Shown piece after piece: positions 53,460 through 64,000 of a stretch of 64,000 nt of DNA. The number at the start of each line of letters is the position of its first letter. The first letter of the stretch is position 1. The notes below the pieces were generated by a model that was given only the letters and a program-made list of their open reading frames with translations, made no database searches and was not told where the DNA came from. A program made the translations under genes and the position numbers. Source of the stretch: Eledone cirrhosa (Eukaryota); contig OZ024741.1 in assembly GCA_964016885.1 (NCBI GenBank), positions 386,632,001 through 386,696,000 of the forward strand, given 5' to 3'.

Positions 53460-54600
53460 CATCATCGTCCGTTGTTCATACTAGCAAGGGTGGGTTTGAT
53501 GGGTCATCACAGACCAAGTCAGTACGAAATCAGAGCCGCAGTTTTCTCAGATGGGCCGAGGACCCGCATCTTGCTTACATACATGTTCACACTCTACAGA
53601 TGTAGAGTGGTTCAAAGGGGTGATGGAGGAAGAGAAGAGGTGAGAAATGACAACTCAACGAGTCCCACCTACAGTTTTCTCTGCATACCCTTATACAGTT
53701 GATATCTTCTACGTGCATCATCGCAGACCTCCTTGTTTATCGGATTCCTCCCATACAGACTCCCTCTCTGAGCTCACCCATACCCCATCGCTCAAGTACA
53801 CTGACATCACACATCCACTAAAGTACACAGCCTCCACCTGGCTCCAGCCCTTGCATGTACTCTGCAGACAAGGCACATACCTCACAGCCATGCAGCATCC
53901 CCGTTCTCATGTAGGCATCACGCAGCCTACCGAAACACTCCGAAAGAGAGGCTCCCGTTTTCAACAGAGGGACTAACTCCCTAAACTTCCTCCAGCCTGT
54001 TCTCACGCTGGCTATCACACTTTGAGAGTATCACATTCACTATATACACTGCAGACTAGGTCACCTATGGAAGAAAATCTGTCGACAATTTTACAGAACC
54101 TACCGGGCAATTGAAGTAATCTATGTTCAGTTTACTTCCGAGCAACCGCCGCCTACATAATCTACATCCTCCGCCAGCCTGCCTGTAGCCACACTATATC
54201 TTCTGTGCGTTTACAGATACACTGTATGCATCTTATGGAACTTCTGCTCAACCCTCTTCAACATATCGAACAAGGCCATTTCACAATATCGAATTTCGGT
54301 CCTTTTTCTCTCCTATCAAGAACATTCGTCTTCGCTAAGCTTATCTTTAGGCCCCTCAATCCCAGAGTAATTTTCCCTGTCTGAAATTTTACCATTAACT
54401 CCTCTTTGAATTCAACTATATTCAACAGATCATAGGCACAGAGGAGTTCTCACGGAATGCCAGTCCCAAACTCCAGAGTTATGACTTGAAGAACAACGAT
54501 GAACAGAAGTGAACTAAGGGTTTCAAATTCATTACAGTTTCCTCAGCGCCCACCAAATGACGGGGAAATTCAGTCAAAAGCCCTCTCCAGATCCACAAAT
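53460..54600 (-). pseudogene. RTE-clade LINE 3' fragment
   Basis: IASVRTGWRKFRELVPLL..., LAFVDLERAFD. Confidence 0.7.
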
Positions 54601-54639
54601 GCCAGATACTTGGGCTTACTCTTCAGTTCAAACTGAAAA

Positions 54640-56010
54640 GCCCTCTCAAACCCTAAATTGTTCCTATTTAATCGTCTACCCTGTAACCTTTGTGCTGGTG
54701 GACGGGTCTTTTGTATAATGTCATATCGAAAGTCAGCTCGGTCCTGAGTCATCTCTTTCAGAACATGCTGGGTGCTCACTCTGATTCGTAACAATTCTAT
54801 GGCAACAATTTCGGAATAAGAATATGTTCTAAATCTGAGGATGCCGTATTGAAAAGTATGGGGTCAGTGTCATCCAGTGCTTTTCAATCGTAGCGACGGG
54901 CTCGATATCTAGCGAAGCTGGCATACTTCATGTTGTGCTGCTATGCAACATAGCAGGTCAAACACAAGCATTATGTAATCTGTCCATCATACGAGAGAAG
55001 GCTTTTTGTTGCCAGTAGAAGTAACGGCTCCTTGATATTCTACCGCCTTGTCCTCACTCTGACTACAATACTTTCAATACATACACCTCCACTGCTAATG
55101 AGGTCCCTTAGATAGCAAAAGCTATCTACTACTTTTAGTGAGTCATCTCAAGGGAGTTCAGTTTCTAAGTATTCTTACTGTTGACTACTTCAGTGTACCA
55201 GTTGCATACGAACTCTCCCTTCTCTCGCTACCTGTCATCTGGCTACATCTGTTGTACGTCCACACGGGATTCACTGTATGGATTTTCTGTCTATTCGTTT
55301 TCGACATACCGAGCATTGTCATTTACCTGATGGTATCTAAGTCTTATTCTCTTTCCTACTTTCTAAAACTTTAGTCTTTGCTGGGTTTACTTTGATGCTC
55401 TTCGATTCCAGATTTTTTCCATGTCTAAAACTTTTCTAGTTTTACAGTTTCTGCTATGAGGATTAGATCGTCAACATACAGGAGTTCCCATGGTCACCCA
55501 GTCTAGAATTCCTCTGTTATGATCTGGAAAACTATAATGAACAGGAGGGGTGCTAAGAATTGATCCTTAGTGGACACCTACCCTCACCTTAATTTCATAG
55601 CTGTACTCATTGTTAATCCACAGCTTGCTGACTGAACCGCTGTACATCGCCCGTACAGCTTTCACAAGCCATTTATCTATCCCTAGTTTCCTGAATGTCC
55701 ACTAGATTACAGAGCATGGGATTCTGTCAAATGTCTCTTCCAGGTCAACAGATGCTAAGTGTAGAGATTGATTCTTACTTACGTAGTTCTCTTGCATATG
55801 TCTCACTAAGAGGATAACATTAGTAGTGCTTCTTCTTGGCATAAAGCCAAACCGCAACTCATCAAGATTGATTCTATCCCTAATCAACTTTTCTATTTAT
55901 CTTTCTGTAACCTTCATAACCTGATCTAACAATTTAATGCTTCTGTAATCGTTTCTCTCTAGTGACTCTCCTTCACCTTCGTAGTACTTGACAATGGTGC
56001 TACTATGCCT
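54640..56010 (-). pseudogene. RTE-clade LINE RT fragment
   Basis: YRSIKLLDQVMKV, FGFMPRRSTTNVILLVR, VDLEETFDRIP, PWELLYVDDL. Confidence 0.8.
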
Positions 56011-56303
56011 AAACCGCTATCTGCAGTGTGTCGTGTCAATCGATATTAAGTACGGTTTACACCAACCTAATTCTCGTATAGCCGATCCATGTTATTCTTC
56101 GATCCATCATTATTAATACTCCAGGAACCGCTTTCCTATGAAGTGTCTGGAACCGGCCACCCGAACACCACAACAAAGTAAACATCTTGTCGATCAAACA
56201 ACGCCGAACGTCAGAACCATCCACGATACAGAGTACTGATAACCTCTACTTGGATTGCCTTAGACGATACTCGTTAACTTAGATAATCTTATTTCTCTTT
56301 CTT

Positions 56304-56331
56304 TCTTCTGATGACGTCCGAAACGTTAAGA
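56304..56331 (+). ncRNA. Family E hammerhead with stem II deleted (element ~56290-56416)
   Basis: tctt-CTGATGA-cgtcc-GAAA-cg-TT-aaga. Confidence 0.5.
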
Positions 56332-56412
56332 CCCCCTTCCTGCTATTTCAAGCGTTAACCTAATATATTCCTTCCATATACTGTACCGATTGTGTTGCTA
56401 TTTCTGTTTACC

Positions 56413-56527
<115 letters not shown>

Positions 56528-56529
56528 AG

Positions 56530-56585
<56 letters not shown>

Positions 56586-56612
56586 GAAAGTGAACAACAC
56601 AATATATAACTA

Positions 56613-56680
56613 CTCCATTACCAAAGGTTTCAGGACCCTAGACATTATTAACATAGGTCTGGATCGGTCATCAGACAGAG
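56613..56680 (-). ncRNA. Monomer-type hammerhead inside a rod-like element (56585-56718)
   Basis: ctctgt-CTGATGA-cc-gatcc-agac...gtct-a-gggtc-ct-GAAA-cc/ttt/gg-TA-atggag. Confidence 0.7.
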
Positions 56681-56798
56681 AGGTTAGTAGTTATATATAT
56701 TGTGTTATTCACTCTCTACTTAAATAGCTATACATAGAACACACTTTTTTCCTTTGCTTTTTCTTCGGAAATACCTGACACACATACACATACACACA

Positions 56799-56871
<73 letters not shown>

Positions 56872-57049
56872 GTGTGTGTGTGTGCGTGTGCCTCTGTGGG
56901 CGTGTGGGCACGTGTGTCTGTATGTTATATCTGTCTGTATCCTTATGAAAGGATGTTTGTTTGTGTTACTCTATTCTATTACTCTATTACGTGTTCCAGT
57001 GTTTGTATATATGTGTATATATATATATATATATGTGTATATATATATA

Positions 57050-57082
<33 letters not shown>

Positions 57083-57383
57083 GCATATTAACAATGACTG
57101 GCATCGTAGCATCATTAACTACTACAATGATGAAGGAGAAACACTAAAGAGAAGCGATATAATTAAAGTTTTTCGTGTGTTATCAGCTAATCTGACCTCC
57201 ATCAAGCTCTCTGTCGACATATTTTCCGAAAATGGTATGGGGGCGGGTTGAATTGGGGGAGAATTTACTGCTCTTTATAGCACCCAGGTACTGTCTGTCT
57301 GTTCGACATTTTATCCATCTCCACCTCTCTGTAACTAACTAAAACGTGTGTAAATGTGTATATATCTCACTGTGTGTGTGTGT

Positions 57384-57435
<52 letters not shown>

Positions 57436-58039
57436 TTGTCTATGTGTGTTTCTGTATTTCTGTGCATGTGTGTTTCTGTATGTCCAACAATGCAACACAG
57501 ACTTCGAAAAAAGACTTTCACTATAATGACAGGTGATTGTTGTTGTTGTTGTTGTTGTTATTCTGACTCACTTACCAACGACTCCTTTTTTCCAAAAAGA
57601 GAGGTGGAGCAGGAGAGGGTCCCTTGGAGTTACAGATAAACATCTCTCAGATATATAAAAGCACCAGTGGCGATCGCGTTAGAAATTTTCTTCCTAGGTG
57701 TTTTCGTGTGTTTTCAACTAATGTGACTCCAACATGTTAGCAAAAACCTTTTTGTCCGAAAACAAAATGGAGGAGCGAGGGTAAGGGGGGGGGGGATAAA
57801 ATATGGGGGTGCAAATATCTCAACAGTGGTTCCGATGCCGGTATAATTACGCTACAAAAATGAAATATGACTGACGAGATGTTTCCAACACGGCTGATAT
57901 ATCAGCTGTATAGACGGTGGGGAGGGGTTAAACTTCGGATTTTCCCAGCCTCTGAGATTTTTTCAGTGAGAATAAAAGAGATGGAAAGGGGGTGGGACCC
58001 TCTGAGTCACAGATAAGCACCTCTCAACCGTTTAAATTT

Positions 58040-58690
58040 TTAGAAAAGCAATCCCTTGATACTAAAGGATGTTTTGATCCTTCATCATTTTGTATTGTTG
58101 TGGAAAGCATTGTAAACCTAATTAATCAAGTGTTCCCCAATTTCGAAGTCCACCATTCAAACGAGGAGTGGCTCTGTGAAAGATAGATCCTTGTCCCCAA
58201 AAGTTCTCACAAATGATCCCTGGAAGTAGCCAGATCTATAAAGCTATTGACAAAGTTGTTGACGAAGATGAACATTATCCCATTAAATTTCTCAACAATC
58301 TCGAACTATGCTGCCACACAACCTTGAATTGAAGAAGGGCGCAGCCATCACGCTTCTCTGAAACCTTGATCAGCCATGATTGTGCAATGGGACATGTATA
58401 GTTGTGACTGAGCTACAACCTCACATTATCGAAGCCTCGATCTTCAGTGAATGTGGTAAGGGAGACATCGTATGTACCTAGAATACCGCTAATACCAACA
58501 GATGTCCCTTTTCGTGATTGCAATTTCCAGTGATAGTCAGTTGCACAAGGACAATTAACAAGTCACAAGATCAAACACTGCAGGTTGTCGGTCTCCAACT
58601 AGAAGAGGGATGTTTCTCACATGGTCAGATGCATGTAGGTTGTTCCAGAGTAACAAGCTGCTACAAAGAAATTCCCAAAGAAATTCTGTA
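58040..58690 (+). pseudogene. Helitron Pif1-like helicase fragment
   Basis: WLCER*ILVPK, YPIKFLN, NLDQP*LCNGT, PRIPLIP, LQFPV, TINKSQDQTL, FSHGQMHVGCSRV. Confidence 0.85.
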
Positions 58691-58983
58691 AATGTCTTAT
58701 AATTTTTGTAGAATACATTTTTCTATTATTTTCTTTATTATTTTCTGTATTTAGATATTCTAAATAATTTTTTTAAATTACATTATGCAATATTTAAATA
58801 GCTTTTAACATCTTTTATTTAAAGGAAAATGGGCACTACGATAGATGCCAATAGGGGCCTTATAAATAGATTTGAGTACAGTACAGACCAGGGCTAAGGC
58901 CGGGAGAAATACACACACTTATATATTCATATATATGATACATACAGACACACGCGCCTATATATATATATATATATATGTGT

Positions 58984-59071
<88 letters not shown>

Positions 59072-59925
59072 ACACATATATATTTGTATATATGTATGTG
59101 GGTTATTAATGAATTTGATATTTACATGGCCGCATATATATTTGATTTTGTCTGCATGTATGTATGTGTGTGTATGTATGTATGAGATGACCCCTCAGCC
59201 TTTGTCAGGGCAGAATTCTAGAAGGAAAACTCTGATATAACACCTGCAACCCTGATGGTATCCAATGATGTTGACTTGTTCTTCTTTTTGGTAAATATCA
59301 TCTTGGTTAAGAGAGTGGGACTGGCTTTGTGCAGTGCCTTTGCTCACTATAAAAGCTTCACGGCACAGGCATTGCTTTATATCTGGAGATCTCTCTGCAC
59401 TTGCCGTCACATGGTACCATGGGCCCAACACTATGTGTCAATAATTGTCACAGGTGTAGTGTTTGTACCAGAGCTTTCAAGTCGCTGGCTGGACTAAAAA
59501 GTCACACTCGTTCAGCGCATCGGTAGGGGTTCTCCTACATGGATATAAAGTAGTGGCTGTACTCGAAAACGAGTTGGCAGCCACCATGTATGTATGTATG
59601 TATGTATGTATGTATGTATGTATGTGTGTGTATGTATGTATGTATGTATGTATGTATGTATGTATGTATGTATGTATGTATGTATGTATGTATGTATGTT
59701 CTTCTGGTTTTATAATTTCACAAATGTTTTCCCAATAGAGAGAGAGTTGGTTTCTAACATAGACACAAGACTCTCATTGGAATTTATATAACATCAACTA
59801 GGTAGATATGTATGTATGTCTGCATGTGTAGATATGGATGTTATTGTATGTGTGGATGTGGATGTTTTGAGTTGTATGTGTGCATGTGTATATGCTTTGT
59901 ATCTGTACATGTGTATATGCAGTTA

Positions 59926-60252
59926 TTAGATGCAAAATGTTTGGAATGTTTTACATACTTTTACTGTTCCATTAATGGATTGTACTTGTAATTTCCTAAC
60001 TAGTTGTGTTCTTTCTGTTCCTGTGAGGCCTAGCTTCTCAAGATTTGTATTGAGGCAGTTACTAACATATCCCAGTGCCCCAATAATCACAGGCATAAAT
60101 CTGAAGGTGTAATCAGGGTGGAGTATCTGCAGATTTCTCATCAGTTCTGCATAAATATTCCCCTTTTCGCTAATCTTTGATATTATATTGGCATCTGCTG
60201 GGCAGCTAATTTCCACTACTGTGCATGCTTTCTTTTCTCTGTCCCATATCAT
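59926..60252 (-). pseudogene. REL endonuclease C-terminus of an R4/NeSL-like LINE within (CATA)n tracts
   Basis: IMIWDREKKACTVVEISCP...PVIIGALG...GTVKVCKTF. Confidence 0.75.
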
Positions 60253-61211
60253 AATGTATGTATGTATGTATGTATGTATGTATGTATGTATGTATGTATG
60301 TATGTATGTATGTATGTATGTATGTGTGTATGTATGTATGTGTGTATGTATGTATGTGTGTATGTATGTATGTATGTATGTATGTGTGTATGTATATATG
60401 CATGTATGTGTGTGTCCATTTGTATATGTATGTATGTATATATGCATGCATGCATGTAAAAGCACATGTGTGTCTGCATGCGTGTGTACGTGTGTGCGTG
60501 TGTGCGTGTGCCACTTGGGCAGTGCATATTATTATAATGATAACATCGTTTGCAGAACCAGAGAAAAAAAGCGTAACCATGAGCAACCAGAATTCGACCA
60601 ACGAATAAATGTATCATACACATACGTACACACACGCTTAGAGAAACACATATACATACATACACGCATGTATAAATATACATACACTCACACATATACT
60701 TATACACTTACCTACACGCTTTTATACACGCAATTGTATACGCACATACACACAATACATATTCATACACACGCATATGCACATAAATATATAGACACAC
60801 CATTATACACACACATACATACATTCACACACATATATACATACATACATACATACATACATACATACATACACACACACATACATACATTCACACACAT
60901 ATATACATACATACATTCACATACATACATACATACATACATACATACATACATACATACATACATACATACATACATACATACATACATACATACATAC
61001 ATACATACACTCACTCAGAGATAGCCAGCTGGGAAATCGATATTTTGTTATTTTGCCGTTTATCGTCTGCTTAGCCATTTTATCTCTTAGACTGAGTGAA
61101 AGAGAGAGAAAGAAAGTATCAAGGAAAGAGAGGTAGATAGGTATATATAGAGGGTGGTATTTATAGTGAAAAATGTATATATAAATGTTTATATATATAT
61201 ATATATGTATA

Positions 61212-61341
<130 letters not shown>

Positions 61342-61501
61342 AAGAGAGAGAAAGAGATACAGAGAAGTGAGGGAGAGAGAGAGGAAGAGAGAGAGAGAAA
61401 GAAAGAGAGAGAAAGAGATACAAAGAAGTGAGGGAGAGAGAGGAAGAGAGAGAGGGAGAGTACTGTATATAAAGGGAAAGATAGATATATACATACATAA
61501 T

Positions 61502-61539
<38 letters not shown>

Positions 61540-61615
61540 GGTAATAAGGTAGTAGGAAATTACTGACCTTCCTGTTTATAGTTGTTTATACTATATACAT
61601 AACTATAAATAGTAT

Positions 61616-61672
<57 letters not shown>

Positions 61673-61755
61673 AGTACAAGTTTGGTATAACTATCCAAGG
61701 GTAATAGCACTCAGTCAATAGGATGAGTTAAGTATAATTAGTTACAACAGTGATA

Positions 61756-61814
61756 TATACACCTACTTAAGTTTCGTTGGGTTATACACCCGAACTCATT
61801 CAGCCTGGTATATA
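61756..61814 (-). ncRNA. Variant hammerhead motif
   Basis: tatatacc-agg-CTGAATGA-gttcgggt/gtata/acccaac-GAAA-cttaag-TA-ggtgtata. Confidence 0.55.
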
Positions 61815-61888
61815 AATAAAAATGGCTACCATGCCATTTTTATTTATATGACACTTAAGTACCTGAACATGTCATTATGCATACACAC

Positions 61889-61923
<35 letters not shown>

Positions 61924-62011
61924 TATATATATATATATATAGAGAGAGATATATATAAATATGTGTGTATATATGCATAATAACATGTACAGGTACTTAA
62001 GTGTCATATGA

Positions 62012-62042
<31 letters not shown>

Positions 62043-62467
62043 CACACATACATACAAACATACATATATCAAGCGTAAAACTAATAATATATTTCTTCAT
62101 TGTACTGTGTCGTTTGCTTTGTTATTTCTGTTTGCCTTTTACATATATATATATGTGTGTATGTGTGAGTGTATTTGTGTGTATTTGTGTGTGTAAACAC
62201 CTCTCCCTTTATATACATGAGGGAAGGTGTGTGTGTGTGTGTGTGTTGAGAGAGGATGAGTGGATGAGAGGGAGAGGGGAGAAGAAAAGAGAGAGAGAGG
62301 GGGTAGAGATAGGGAGAGAAAGTGAGAGAGAGCTTGTAAAGAACTGAAGAACTGTAGACCTGAAGGCTATTTAGAAATAAAATGGCCGCCAAGTAAAACT
62401 TGACTGTCAGCAGAGTTAAAGAAGGAAAGAAGATAGGAAGAAGCCGACTGTCTATAGCAAAGGCCGT

Positions 62468-62655
62468 GAATTGGCAGTATATCGGTAGAGTGTCAGACGC
62501 CATGCTTTCCAGCATAGAGTTACGGCCTTAACATTCTGAGTTCAAATCCCGCCGAGGATAACTTTGCCTTTCAACCTTACGGGGTCGATAAAATAAAGTA
62601 CCAGTAATACACTGGGGTATTTGCTGGCCTTGTGCCAAAAAGTAGAAATTATTAT
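62468..62655 (+). mobile_element. S1 SINE
   Basis: A box, B box, core and tail. Confidence 0.8.
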
Positions 62656-62684
62656 TATAGTAAACCGCTATATAGATAGATATG

Positions 62685-63580
62685 TCTGTGTGTGAACGTG
62701 TGCCTGTGTGCATGTGTGTGTACGTGTGTGTGTGCGCGTGTGTGCGTGCGTGTGCGTGCGTGTGCGTGTGTATGCATGTGTGTGTGTGCGTGTGTGTGTA
62801 CGTGTGTGTGTGCGCATGTGTGTGTGAGCGTGTGCCTATGTGTGTGTGTGTGTGTACGTGTGTGTGGGGGGCATTTGTGTGTGTACGTGTGTGTGAGCAT
62901 ATCTGTGTGTGCGTGTGCGTGTGTGTGTGTGTGTGTACGTGTGTGTGTGTGTGTGCGTATGTGCGAGTGTGTGTGTGTGTGCGCGTAGTGAGTATGTGCG
63001 AGTGTGCGTGTGTGCGCGTATGTGCGTGTACTTGTACAGACATAAACAGACTACAACAACACAGACATACACACATACACACAGACATAGACACACACAC
63101 ATACACACACACATACACACAGACATACACACACTGACATAGACACACAGACATACACACAGACATACACACACTGACATAGACACACAGACATACACAC
63201 AGACATACACACACTGACATAGACATACACACACCGACATACACATATACACACACACACAGACACCGACATAAACATAGACACATACACACATACAGAC
63301 ACCGACATAGACACATGCACACACTGGCATAGACGCACATACACACATACACACAGAGACATACACACACACCAACACAGACATGCACACACCGACATAG
63401 ACACATTCACATACTTCATTCACACACTGACATAGACGCACATACATGCACACAGACACATGCACACACACACAGACATACGCACACACACCAACGCATA
63501 CACACACACTGACTAGACACATACACACACCGACTAGACATACACACATACATAAACACACCAACAAAAACACACAGACA
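62685..63580. repeat. Degenerate (TG)n tract followed by a (CA)-rich tract
   Basis: Direct reading. Confidence 0.9.
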
Positions 63581-64000
63581 GATATAATTGTTGTATGTTT
63601 CTGTTTCTCTTTTAGAAATAAAACACGATGAAACAAGTACTCAATACATAAACTAAAGTGTATGAATCGATATATTTTAAACAATGACTCTTACACATGT
63701 CATCCGTATCCTTTCCTTCAGAGTTCACCAAATCAAGGAAACGTCGTTAGTCTGCTGACACTCATTTCTTTAAACACGCATGCACACGCACACATAGATA
63801 CGCACATACACATTGGATAATAGTGCATTTCGTAATAGTACGGGTATGAATCGAGGTTGTAGCTGCAATATAGCAGATACTAATCGAATTGTTTAAGGCG
63901 GTCACAAAGCACTCAATGGAGCGAGAAGTTAATACATTATCGTTCAGAGTAAACAAAAATTTAAAAATGTGTGGCACCAAAAGAAGCGACGAGAATCAGT

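Overview
Eukaryotic, AT-rich, extremely microsatellite-dense DNA with no recognisable host gene. The SINE and microsatellite make-up suggests a coleoid cephalopod such as Octopus (inference). Nearly all ORFs in the track are translated microsatellites. The real coding remnants are all from transposons: a Neptune-type Penelope-like element (PLE) with an open GIY-YIG ORF, a second decayed PLE, CR1-like, RTE, R4/Dong-like and CRE-like LINE fragments, Helitron Rep and Pif1 fragments, and a hAT transposase fragment. There is also a hAT MITE and many tRNA-derived SINEs. The main signal is more than 20 type-I hammerhead ribozyme (HHR) motifs, read by eye, in about ten unrelated short non-coding families. 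Most abut (TA)n tracts, and many are arranged as fold-back palindromes or as a unit-and-a-bit tandem with an inverted 5' segment. This looks like a diverse, (TA)n-associated set of non-autonomous PLE/retrozyme-like elements. It includes U3-A8 core variants, palindromic (dimer-type) stem III and very long stem II. All folds are manual and no ribozyme activity is shown.
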